Source: Azolla caroliniana (taxonomy: Eukaryota > Plantae > Polypodiophyta). From it: a stretch of 64,000 bases of DNA. The notes under the pieces were generated by a model that ran no database searches, had not been told where the DNA came from, and worked only from the letters and a program-made list of their open reading frames with translations. The stretch is taken from contig JBHGNT010000015.1 in assembly GCA_043228905.1 (NCBI GenBank), positions 2,480,001 to 2,544,000 of the forward strand, given 5' to 3'. Position numbers and translations under genes: made by a program. Every line of letters starts with the position of its first letter. The stretch's first letter is position 1. Shown piece by piece: positions 24,786-37,900 of the stretch.

Positions 24786-27700
24786 ATGAAACGAAGTGTT
24801 ACACTGGGTGTGCCTTCTGGTTCAGATAGAATTTCTGCAAAAGAGTCACCGGGATTCCAAAGATGGATGTTAGCCCTATGTGCCATCAGATTTGACCTAG
24901 AACAGGGTCAAGTAGTGGAATCATGCTACCCAGAGGGAGCCATCACTTCTGAAGAAGAAATAGATGTAGCATTTACTTCCTTCCCAGATTCCATGTCTCA
25001 GGGACATAACCGCACTAGTGTCTATGATTGCATGTTCTTCTTCCGAATCAGAAGGCGTGGCTCAACTTCAGCCATAAGAACTAGGTCTTCTCCCAATCCA
25101 GAAATGATTGATCACAATCCTCCAGAGAGAAGTAGTGTCGATGAGAGATCTACATCTCTCAGTAAAGGTGGACCTTCAGGTCTCTCTCAACCAGGGCTTC
25201 TTAGGAGGGTTACACGTGATGGATCAGTTTCTTTCGATGCTCGAAGGCTTGATGGTATATCTTATGATGATGGAAGTGGAAGGATTTGGACTTTGCCTAG
25301 AGGAACAAGTACTGAAGGTGGCATTGCCCTTTCTCAGCAAAACTCAGATCAAAGGAGTGTAGCTAGAAATAGTAGCCACGGTGGCCCCGGAAGTGGTGGT
25401 CCGAGATACCTTTATGGATTTGTTTTCAATAGGCAACGGAAGGATGAACGACTAAAACGAGGGGGTGAACAAAAGTCTGTGGTCATCCTATCAGAACGTC
25501 CTTATTCGAATGTTTTCAGATCTCTTTTGCAAATCTTGGGTCCACTTTACTTTGATATAGGATTCCAAGGGCTTGAACAGATTGCCAGCTATGTATCTCA
25601 GTGGCCAGCCCCTGTTCACGGTGCATTGATGGAGTTATCTGTTGGAAATGTTTCTCTGAGGGCGCATCTTCCTCCAGCTCATACTCTTCCTCCAGGTTGT
25701 GGCACACCAATGGATGATTTCACATCTTCAATGGCCCCTGCCTCCCCTTTGAATCCTTCTATCCCACATGGTATTTTCCATGAGGCTGATGTGTTTGGAA
25801 TATTTCGTGGTATTCTTTTGGAACTTTGGGAGCTTTGGGAACTTGTTCTTATTGGTGAACCATTGCTTGTTATTGCACCAACACCGTCACAATGTTGTGA
25901 AGCTGTGGCAGCATTGGTTGGTTTAGTGGCTCCTTTACCTTGCAGTGTGGATTTTCGTCCTTACTTTACAATCCACGATCCGGATTTCACTAGTTTGAAT
26001 TCTCTCAAAGAAGGAGAGACAATTCCTCCAATGATTCTAGGAGTTACAAATCTCTTTTTCCTGAAGGCTATGCGAACCCTTCCACATGTGGTGTCAGTGG
26101 GTTCCTCATTATCCATTCCAAATAAGACAATTGTAACAAGATCTAGTACACCAAATAATGGAGGTAATAATAACCTTGGGCGATTACAACTACAACTTTC
26201 CCCTCTGAAGAAATTTTCCCCAACCAATCTACTTAAGAATGCCAGGGTGAAACGTGATGGACCACTTTGTCTCATGACTGAACATAGAGAGGCTTTATGG
26301 ACAAATTATATGGCCACCACAAAGCCAGATACAGCAGTGTTGAATCGTCTTGTGGATGCTGGGTTATCACCAAGGATAGAAGAATCCATGACACTGGTCA
26401 ACAATGACATCCTTCGGCGTCATTTCTCCGAATTGACCACAAACTTCCTTGCTCCGTTTGGTCCGTACTTAAAGGCCACAGCACCACAAGAAGGAATATC
26501 ACCATTTGTAGATCCCCCACCATTGCTTCCCTTCGATGCTCATGGATTCTTGGAAGGACTTGGGGCAAGAGGTCCAGGGAAGTTCTTATCAAAGCGGTTA
26601 CGTTCCAACTGGCTTGATCTCTACAGGTATTGTTAAACTTTTGACATTTTGTACTTCATTTTCTTGTGAATTTATCTGATTGGCTGTCTCACTTTTCTTC
26701 TCTATAGGAGGTTCTTGAAAGGACCCAACTTCATGCCTTGGTTCCAAAGAAGACGTGCAGTCGCTGAGCAAGAACAACATCGTGTATGGAGGCAAGCAAG
26801 GGTTAAATCTGATATTCGTGTATTTATCTCGAAAATGTCAGAGGTGGAAGTGATCGATTCTTTCAATGCTGTAGAGCGGCAGTTACTAGCTGAAATACAG
26901 GTACATTTTACTGCTACATATTCTCATTTGTTGTATACCCTGAAATTTGAATTTATTAAAGGGAAAAACTCTGAAATACCCGAGTTTATCTGAATTACCC
27001 AAATGCCTATAAGAGTTAATTATTTTCCCAATTTATCTAGGTCACCCTGTGCTATCGGAACTATCATACAGCCAATTCAGCCTCTGTTTGTCAGTTATTT
27101 GCATATAAATTCAAGGTAGACATTTAGGGTTAGTCTTTAATGTTCTCTTCTTCTTAGAGCAAACCTTCACTTACATTTCTGTTCAGGTCTCTGATTAGTT
27201 ATGCCATAATACATTGTGAATTGCCAAACATTCTTTCGTTGAATGTCTGTAATGCAAATTCTTTCTCTTCCCAGTCCAATTCAGGTAATGCCCCTTCCAA
27301 AGATGTTAGAACTAAAAATCCTACTACAATCAGAACCATAATAGGCATGTGCAGTTTGGAATTGGGATGGGATAGTCTCCACCCTTTACTTCTTTTCTCA
27401 AGCATATCCTGCTAAATCCATACAATTCTGAAACCATAATTAGAGCTGCATCAGGAAGTTCTTCATTATTCATGCTGAACTCCAAAGCTTAAAGGTAACA
27501 ATATCTTGCAAAGGTGTTAGAACTAAAAATCCTACTACAATCAGAACCATAATAGGCATGTGCAGTTTGGAATTGGGATGGGATAGTCTCCACCCTTTAC
27601 TTCTTTTCTCAAGCATATCCTGCTAAATCCATACAATTCTGAAACCATAATTAGAGCTGCATCAGGAAGTTCTTCATTATTCATGCTGAACTCCAAAGCT

Positions 27701-30700
27701 TAAAGGTAACAATATCTTGCAAAGGTGTTAGAACTAAAAATCCTACTACAATCAGAACCATAATAGGCATGTGCAGTTTGGAATTGGGATGGGATAGTCT
27801 CCACCCTTTACTTCTTTTCTCAAGCATATCCTGCTAAATCCATACAATTCTGAAACCATAATTAGAGCTGCATCAGGAAGTTCTTCATTATTCATGCTGA
27901 ACTCCAAAGCTTAAAGGTAACAATATCTTGCAAAGGTGTTAGAACTAAAAATCCTACTACAATCAGAACCATAATAGGCATGTGCAGTTTGGAATTGGGA
28001 TGGGATAGTCTCCACCCTTTACTTCTTTTCTCAAGCATATCCTGCTAAATCCATACAATTCTGAGACCATAATTAGAGCTGCATCAGGAAGTTCTTCATT
28101 ATTCATGCTGAACTCCAAAGCTTAAAGGTAACAATATCTTGCAAAGGTGTTAGAACTAAAAATCCTACTACAATCAGAACCATAATAGGCATGTGCAGTT
28201 TGGAATTGGGATGGGATAGTCTCCACCCTTTACTTCTTTTCTCAAGCATATCCTGCTAAATCCATACAATTCTGAAACCATAATTAGAGCTGCATCAGGA
28301 AGTTCTTCATTATTCATGCTGAACTCCAAAGCTTAAAGGTAACAATATCTTGCAAAGGTGTTAGAACTAAAAATCCTACTACAATCAGAACCATAATAGG
28401 CATGTGCAGTTTGGAATTGGGATGGGATAGTCTCCACCCTTTACTTCTTTTCTCAAGCATATCCTGCTAAATCCATACAATTCTGAAACCATAATTAGAG
28501 CTGCATCAGGAAGTTCTTCATTATTCATGCTGAACTCCAAAGCTTAAAGGTAACAATATCTTGCAAAGGTGTTAGAACTAAAAATCCTACTACAATCAGA
28601 ACCATAATAGGCATGTGCAGTTTGGAATTGGGATGGGATAGTCTCCACCCTTTACTTCTTTTCTCAAGCATATCCTGCTAAATCCATACAATTCTGAAAC
28701 CATAATTAGAGCTGCATCAGGAAGTTCTTCATTATTCATGCTGAACTCCAAAGCTTAAAGGTAACAATATCTTGCAAAGGTGTTAGAACTAAAAATCCTA
28801 CTACAATCAGAACCATAATAGGCATGTGCAGTTTGGAATTGGGATGGGATAGTCTCCACCCTTTACTTCTTTTCTCAAGCATATCCTGCTAAATCCATAC
28901 AATTCTGAAACCATAATTAGAGCTGCATCAGGAAGTTCTTCATTATTCATGCTGAACTCCAAAGCTTAAAGGTAACAATATCTTGCAAAGGTGTTAGAAC
29001 TAAAAATCCTACTACAATCAGAACCATAATAGGCATGTGCAGTTTGGAATTGGGATGGGATAGTCTCCACCCTTTACTTCTTTTCTCAAGCATATCCTGC
29101 TAAATCCATACAATTCTGAGACCATAATTAGAGCTGCATCAGGAAGTTCTTCATTATTCATGCTGAACTCCAAAGCTTAAAGGTAACAATATCTTGCAAA
29201 GGTGTTAGAACTAAAAATCCTACTACAATCAGAACCATAATAGGCATGTGCAGTTTGGAATTGGGATGGGATAGTCTCCACCCTTTACTTCTTTTCTCAA
29301 GCATATCCTGCTAAATCCATACAATTCTGAAACCATAATTAGAGCTGCATCAGGAAGTTCTTCATTATTCATGCTGAACTCCAAAGCTTAAAGGTAACAA
29401 TATCTTGCAAAGGTGTTAGAACTAAAAATCCTACTACAATCAGAACCATAATAGGCATGTGCAGTTTGGAATTGGGATGGGATAGTCTCCACCCTTTACT
29501 TCTTTTCTCAAGCATATCCTGCTAAATCCATACAATTCTGAAACCATAATTAGAGCTGCATCAGGAAGTTCTTCATTATTCATGCTGAACTCCAAAGCTT
29601 AAAGGTAACAATATCTTGCAAAGGTGTTAGAACTAAAAATCCTACTACAATCAGAACCATAATAGGCATGTGCAGTTTGGAATTGGGATGGGATAGTCTC
29701 CACCCTTTACTTCTTTTCTCAAGCATATCCTGCTAAATCCATACAATTCTGAAACCATAATTAGAGCTGCATCAGGAAGTTCTTCATTATTCATGCTGAA
29801 CTCCAAAGCTTAAAGGTAACAATATCTTGCAAAGGTGTTAGAACTAAAAATCCTACTACAATCAGAACCATAATAGGCATGTGCAGTTTGGAATTGGGAT
29901 GGGATAGTCTCCACCCTTTACTTCTTTTCTCAAGCATATCCTGCTAAATCCATACAATTCTGAAACCATAATTAGAGCTGCATCAGGAAGTTCTTCATTA
30001 TTCATGCTGAACTCCAAAGCTTAAAGGTAACAATATCTTGCATTATTTAAAAGCTTTCTTGAGTTTCAGGTAATTTCAAGGAAATATATGGGACTTTCAA
30101 TGTGTGTGTGTGCCTGAACTGATCAATCTTTAACATTGTATGGTATTTCCATATATTCCATGGAGTTGATTAAATGCTTTAGTGCATACACAAATATTTT
30201 TATGCACATATCAAGAATTATTTTTATGATCTGCCCAATCTGTGAGAACCTTCAAAATTGCTATTTCATACACTCGAATTAGCAGGTTATCATGGACACT
30301 TATTGGGTTATACTGGAGAGATGAGTTAATGAAAATTGAGACCCAGACCCCTGAAGAGGATAAATAGCTCCCTTTATTTTTCATGAAGATCACGCCTAGT
30401 ATCTCCACCATGCATACATTCCAAAGTAACATGCTCTTCTGGTATTTTGAGGTGACATTGGTCACAAACTTTTCTTTTTCTGCTCAATAAGAAAAGGTCA
30501 GAGAGCTCAAACATGATAGCAAAGTCAATCTAATTAGTGAGGATGATTGTGTTATTATAGTGATGAATTATTATGTCTTATCATTCATTTGATGATGAAT
30601 ACAATTATTAACATTTACGGGCTCATTTAAAGACATTTTACTGTATTCTAGTTGGATTTCAGACAATAAAACTCACTTCTGCATTCCAACTCTAGGATTT

Positions 30701-31921
30701 TGTTGCCATTAATCTAAGCCATCAAATTTTATTGTCTGGGATATTTTGAGCTAAGCTTTAGTAATTGGATTTTGTTTCACGATATTCATGATATCTTCCA
30801 GTATAAGTCTTATAATATCATATATACCTTGTACTGGTGCAAACCGTACATGTACTGTATAGTTATGAGTGACTGACAACCTTGCTTTATGTCAATATAA
30901 ATCTCTCTATAAAAGAGGGAATTGTAAGAATCAGCAACAGCTCGGTTTGAGGCGAACTGAATTGGGAAATCACGGCTTAACCAGTTTGGTTTGGTTCAGG
31001 TTCAGAAATTTGTAAATGGGTTGGTTTTGGTTTGGCTTGGCTTGGGTGTTGAAGGGTTTGGTAGTATGTAGTATGTAGTATGTAGTATGTAGTATGTATT
31101 ATGTTGTTCCAACTTTGAACCCTAATATTTTGAGCTCTAAAAAAATAACCCTTTTCTGAAAAAAGTAATTAGGTTTGAGCCAAAACCAGAGCTTAATGGC
31201 TTGCAGTTTGTAAATCTCTTGAACCATTTGGTTTTTACTTGACAATCCCCCAAATGGTATGGTTGAACAGTTTCGATTTAAAGGTTTCACGTTCAGTTTG
31301 GTGTAAGGTTCAAAAAATACAGACTGTCTAACTGAACTGTTGCTGATTACTACAAGAAGAAGCCATATGTCATATAAATTGCTGCTTAGGAGTATGGTCT
31401 CTACATGGTGGATTAACAAAGCGAGTTATGTGAATTGTTATGCCAATTAATGCTAAAATCCACTAGAAAGGAAAAGAATATATACACATCTGTCCACTAG
31501 AATTATTTACCCAGTTGGTATTCCTTGTTGTATGAATAAGAATAAGAATAAGAATATATTGTTCTGTTAGTTACATAGCATGACTGCTAATTCATATGGT
31601 TAACCAAAGCTTCTTCTTCTTTAGACATTGCAACATGCAGGCATGGGATCAACTGATTCTCCAGCTTCTCAGAAATTGCGAGGTGACTTGAGGGCAATAT
31701 ACAATGTACTCCCAATGGATGTACAGCAACTACTACTTTTCAATCCTCAAAAAGCAGCTCTTCTCCAAGGAAGCAAGGAATTCTCAAAGCTTCCTGGTAG
31801 ACTATCAGTGCTTGTATCAAAGACCACAGATTCTTCATTCTCCATGAATAATGCCAGTACTGATTTAGGTAAGCCAAATCAAGAACCATCTTTGCATACA
31901 CTTGATTTAGAAAGAAATTGA
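24786..31921 (+). CDS. DENND6: DENN domain-containing protein, DENND6/FAM116 family (putative Rab GEF), ~776 aa, 3 coding exons
   Basis: Exons 24786-26626, 26708-26900, 31625-31921, GT-AG and in phase. Motifs FDLEQGQ..E.CYP, AFTSFPDS, YGFVFNRQR.DE...RGGEQKSVV, LWELVLIGEP, DFRPYFTIHD, LGVTN.FF, LRRHF.ELT.NFLAPF, LYRRFLKGPNF..W. Probable 5'UTR intron 24453-24639. Confidence 0.9.
27298..30042. repeat. Tandem array of 13 near-identical 211-bp units in DENND6 intron 2
   Basis: GTTAGAACTAAAAATCC recurs at 27305, 27516, 27727 ... 29837 with exact 211-bp spacing. Confidence 0.97.
30929..31348. mobile_element. MITE-like element in intron 2, with internal (TAGTATG)5
   Basis: Terminal inverted repeats AATCAGCAACAGCTCGGTT / AACTGAACTGTTGCTGATT (2 mismatches); GGTT/AACC-rich interior; no clear TSD. 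Confidence 0.55.
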
Positions 31922-33514
31922 TACTAGTTTTTTCACTGGGAGTGTGAATTATACTTCTTGATGGATGGCATTGCATGAAGTAAATGCAAGTGTAACTTGA
32001 CAACATAAATGGTTTTCTAGTCATGCGGTTAAAAATGAGAAATTCGCAAAGGTTTTGAGCATTGTTTATTTGCTTATTGCATGTTTTTTCTGTGTATTTA
32101 AGTGTCAAATAGCACTAACTTAAATATTGAGTTCTTCAGATGTACTATGATTATGACTATATCTATTCAACAGATATAATTTTAGTTTCTTTTGGAAAAG
32201 TGGAATCCCAAAATTTTACCATCAGCATTGTAACGGAAGCAAGAATGTGTTCGCAAATGTACTGATACTAATGAATTGGTCTTTAGTATCCTGTTCATTA
32301 AATTTGCAATGAAAGCCTTAAGCTGTAACATTAGTGAAGTTCCATAGCACTTCTACACAATAAAATCACAAAGTAAAAGCAAAAGCAAAAGCAAACAGTG
32401 ATATAATGAATTCCAGTGTATTTTTTATAATCACACTATTTAATCACTTTAAATGCATAGGCAACATATAATCCGCAAGGCATCCTAGAAAGAGTTATTT
32501 GTTGAATATATGAATGGGCAAAATCTCTTTCAAGCAGGCAATCAATCACATGATTGGAAAGGGTCATACAATAAAAAAATCGTGACATTCAACACATCAA
32601 GCACACTCAGTGATTGGAACGAACTTCTTTCTCAAACTATTGTTTAAAACAAGTGGTACTAATATGAAGGTCCCACTCAAATGAAAGCTGTTCCACTAAC
32701 TATCTAAAGGTGTGTATTATAGTTAATATAATCACAACATGATGATATGCTAGTCATTGGAACACCATTCCCATCTATGTACATTACTGCCCTGACACTT
32801 GAAAACACCTTTCTTTTTTAATTGTTCAGCATCTTTCTTTTTGTATTATTTTTCAGCTTCTTGTATGTATATACACTTCGCCTATTTGGTTTTTTACCCA
32901 CATTTGTCACATTTGTCTTTATGAACCTCTAAACATTTGTGTTTTTGAGGGACACAACATAAAATTGATGCACCACATTCAACATCTCAGAGGTAACATA
33001 TTTACACACATTATCTGTAAATTGTTAAAGTTTGATACAAGTGTAACACATGACATCTTACTTCGATTACATATCCTTACGAATTGGACTGGAAACTGCC
33101 AATTAATGTCCCACATTAGTCACTGGATTAATCTTTTATTTAAGGGAAGACACATTAGTCTTTGGATTCTTTTATCTAAGAGAAGTTCTTAATTTGAGAG
33201 AAAAGAACGTCTTACACCTTTATTTGAGAGAGAAAAGAATGTCTTACCAATAGCACGTTATTCCGTTTTATGTAGAAAATAATTTCAATGTAGCTTATTT
33301 TTCAAAGAATTAAAAACCTATCTATCAATCATACATGTTGTCACAACCCTACCAAGAGTTAAGCCTGCATGCTCTGGAGAAGTCAAATGTACTTTGAATT
33401 GGACTGGTGGATTATCCCAAAAATTTCAAAAGATCAGACTATCAAGCTAGTTTGCCTATGCAAACTCTACAGGGGTAAGTCCACACAAAACATTAGACAT
33501 CAAGATCGAATACA

Positions 33515-33658
33515 ATCCTTAAGGCCAGCTCGAATACAAACACTTACAGGTACAGAATTTGCAAAAGAAGGCTGATGTCATCCGATCCTTAAGGCTAGCT
33601 CGAATACAAACACTAATACGTAAAGAATTTGCAAAAGCAAGCTGATGTCATCCGATCC
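33515..33658. repeat. Two-copy 70-bp tandem duplication
   Basis: ATCCTTAAGGC.AGCTCGAATACAAACACT...GCTGATGTCATCCG occurs twice. Confidence 0.85.
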
Positions 33659-34975
33659 CAGTTTCAGAGCAACTGGTTGCAGACAGAAAAGGAACTTACA
33701 AAGGTGTCATGAGGGATGATGGCAATGATTTATCACTCAGCATCCCGCACATCCTCATGAATCCTGTAGTTATGGGACCAAAATAAATATTTCTGGATCA
33801 ATATGGAGCTGATAACCTTTTAATGTTCTTTGATAGTCAGTCTCAGATAACCTCTCAATGAAAAAAATAATTTGATAGTCCTGAGGGAATATCATATTGG
33901 CATTGCTCAAATAAGATATTTTCACAAGTGCACGAGAATCTGTGTCATAGCATGAGATCTGCAGGATGCAATGGATTCATTACAGCTCAGTCAAGGCTGC
34001 ACACCAACTAATATTGAGCATTAACACCACCAAATGTACAATTTCTTCCAACTTGGTGCATAATGCCCTTGATCAGAATGTGACTACCAAAATAAAAAAC
34101 ATCTATACAAATCTCCCTCAACATGTACAGCAGAGCTTGATAAAAAGCCAAGACTTGCTTATGAGAAGTTTCCAACTCCAACGATTGATAAAGAAGGAAA
34201 TTGCTTCCTGATTTGATTGCTAAAACAGCCTCCATTGTGACTATTGCGAATTTGCAAAGGTAGTCACCTCCAAATAATCACACAGAAACGTATGTGTATA
34301 TATATAGATCATACCTGGGCTGCCCAACCTACATCGTGTTTCTTTGGCAAATTATTATCATTGTCCCTGTATGGGAACAGAGAACCCTGTTCCTTTTGCC
34401 TCAGTAAGAGAAATAGAAATGTAGATACCATAATGACATCCCATTGGGCTAATAATTTATTTTGGGGCAGCATCACTTTGTCAAGCTATCATCATTGTGT
34501 CCATAAAAGGACAGTAAATCTGCTGCTTTGCTGCCTCAGCAAGAGAACTAAAACTTTGATAGCAGAAAGACCCTCCAATATAGGCTATAAATTAGTTGGC
34601 GAGCCAGCTCTCATTGGGTTTGTATATCATGAGTTTATGATTATCTCAGTAAGAGAACTCTCATAAAATCATTTAAGCCAGCTCAGAATATTTCATCAGA
34701 TGATATTCCTATCTGCCACAAAATGCAACTACTCTTTACGAGCCAAATTTGAAAGTGTTCTCCCAATTGACGGGACAAAAAACATATATTCGTTTGGCTG
34801 GTTGTTCAGACCACTCGAACGGTTTCAATTCCACCAAAAGACTAAGATTTTTTGCTTCAGCTCCATTTTTCTATAAACCTTGCTGCATTGCACTTGTTTT
34901 TCAAGATTTCTGTAGGTCTCACCATTCAGTTTGCACAGATACACGGTTAGCAACATCTGATGAAATCCTGCTATC

Positions 34976-37900
34976 CTAGGTGTCCTCTATTAAAGAATCC
35001 TCCCCAACCCCTACATTCGGTGTAGTATCTGGCTTTTCAGCATGCTCTTTAATGACAATATTGCTTTGGTTCTGAGACGGCATCTTAATTTCTTCAGCTT
35101 TGTTCATATGGCTAGGTGGCGGTCTAGGTACTTTAAGCAATCCAGGACCTTTGCTCAAAAGGAGAGGAGTGTTTGTACTCCGTGACGCAAGTAGATTTTT
35201 TACATTGGGAGAATTCATTGTTACAAAACATCCTCTCTCTTTTGCATCTGCAATGAGGGCGGCCCAATCCTCAGACTGCGCTAGTGCTGCAGCATTACCA
35301 ATAACCTGTCACAAATCATAAACAATAAAAAAGGTCATCAATAAGTGTGTATGTGAGGTATCATTTGAAATGTAATACTAACGACAAATACTTAAAGAAG
35401 CAAAAAAAAATGCACACAAAGGCGTGCTAAATATTTATAAAGTAAACGATATGAATAAATCAAGTATGCACACTTTTTTTGCAATGTATAATATTACTGC
35501 TGGGGAAATCTCAAAGTGAGGTGAAAATCAACAGAATATTTATGCTATGTAAAATTAAAAATATTAAAAACATACTACAGTACACGCATATATAAACAAC
35601 GAGCTCACACGCCTATTTTAACTTTTAAAGAAACCAGATACAATAATGATAAAGAGCATACCCAAAGGCATCGTCGAGCTCGTGTGAGAGCAACATTCAT
35701 CCTTCTTATATCAGCTACAAAACCCACTCCATGGCCAGATGCTCGGACACAAGACATTATCATAATGTCTCTCTCTTGTCCTTGATATGCATCAACTGTA
35801 TTGATATAGACCTTCTCAACATCAGCTCCGACCACACAACCAAATTCCTGCTGTAGGCACCTCAATTGCAGTTTGTAAGGAGTGATGACACCCACAGAAA
35901 CTTTACCCATTCCTGCTGACTTTATAAAGTTTTGCAAATGCTCATATAACCGAGCCGCAAAATGGGCTTCCGTGGTATTCTGATAAGAGACAGAGTTTCC
36001 CTTATGAGATTCTCTCCCATGGCTTACATCATAAAATATGTAAGGCCTTAAGAGAGCATCTTGATGGTAAGGCTCATCTGGCATAGATGAAACACTATCA
36101 CTATCCACAAGACGTCCTTGGTAGAAATAACGGGATGGGAAATCTCTTATCTGAGGATGCATGCGATACTGAACTGACAAAAGCAATGTAGGGCAACCAC
36201 CTTGCTGAAATCGTTCAAATAAGCTCCGACTATACTGTAATGTATGCGCAGCTCGACTTATAACAGTGGCTGGCAACTGTTGAGGATCGCCTATCAACAC
36301 ACATCGTGCTGCTCCTAAGCCCAATGGTGTTAAAATTGCTGCTTCACTTGCTTGGGCTGCTTCATCAATCACAACCATATCAAAACCATGAGTAAGGTGG
36401 TTGAATAGACGACGACCACTACTTGAAACTGTTGTAAACACAATCTCGGCTTCATTTGCAAAGCTTGCCTCGAGCTTCATGCGAGCATCCTCTAAAGAGC
36501 ATCCACCTCGCAAGCGGCTATCAACAATGTACAAACGAGACATCTCCACCAGCACTTTGTCTCTTTCTTCCACAATCGCTGCTAGCTGCTGCAACTTGGT
36601 ATCACGGGAATGATCTCTAGCAGAGAGAACATCTGGATCTACACCCACTGAGCCCTGCCCTCGAGCTGCTGCAGCTGCTGCTAATTCCTTCTGCAATGAC
36701 GCAACTTGTTGGGCCAAAAATAATTCTCTTGAACGAAGCTGTTGTAACCAGCCGACAACATCATCTTTAGACATTCCTAAGAGGTTATCTGACCTCCGTT
36801 CCACTGACACAGCTTGGGATGCCCTTGTTTGAGTATCAACACCCACCCGAGCAATGTCAGGCCTATACACTTTCATCTCTCCATCTATGAAGCCCCTTTC
36901 TAAAACCCTTGTTAGCAACTCATCAGTTGCAGCATTTGAGGGGGCACATACTAGCATTCTCGGTTTTGGGCACAACTTTGGAAGAATCCTTGCCAAGTTG
37001 CGATCCATTTTCTGCAAAACATCATCTAAACTGCCGCTCTGAATTGAGATGCTTTCTTCTATCTCCTCCGACTTGAGACTGTCTGGTGCAAGCTTCTTCA
37101 GCAATGCTGCATAATACCTTTGATATTGCACAAGATGTATTACGTTAAGCATACCCCAAACCGTATGTGTTTTACCAGTGCCAGGGGGGCCTTGAACAAG
37201 GGTGAAAGGCCATGAATCCTGGCGCTTCCCAGTTACGGTGGTATTGTGTGAACCGGATGCTGTATGCATTGCTGCCCATTTAATGGCTCCAAGCTGTGGG
37301 TTATTAAAATGCCTATGAAGATGTTGATGAAATGGTGGTGTAAAACATTCGGGCATTGCAGGGGGTTCTTCCTCATACCGAGGAAAAAATTCTGGTTTAG
37401 GGTTTAGTATAGCTTTGATCATCTGCATATTATATATTGAAACTTCAGCTGATGAGGATGACAACAGGGAATCAGAGAGAAATGGTAACAATGATGTGAC
37501 AAGTAACCTGTGATTGAAGGTTCTGGAAAGCATGCAATGCTACATATTCACGCTGGGTTGTTGCAAGAGACCCAAGAACTGTCAAATACCATGTCGTCCC
37601 CTTCGCTTGAAATTTTTTAATGATCACTTCTTCACTAATTTGGCTGCCAAGTAGACCCTTCGTAAGAATGAATTGTGAGTCAAGCCATAAAACTTACATC
37701 TCTAAGAAAACTTTACCAACACATACCTTTCACCTACATAGAAGCGAAGTGTAGCTCCATGTAAGTCTCTTGTATCAATAGGTATATATCGTCGAACAAT
37801 ACCAGCAGTACGGCTTGATATATCTGCTTCATTAACACTTGAACCATTGGTTCTTTTCATTCTAATGCCTGACAAAATTGACAGTAAGTTTCATGGAAAG

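Noticed and set aside
27298-30042. CRISPR-like array
   Set aside because: Units are identical end to end with no unique spacers; eukaryotic intron; no cas genes.
37423-37533. N-terminus of the 642-aa helicase ORF as the true start
   Set aside because: This part is intron 6 plus an out-of-frame piece of exon 6; the coding sequence continues through upstream exons.
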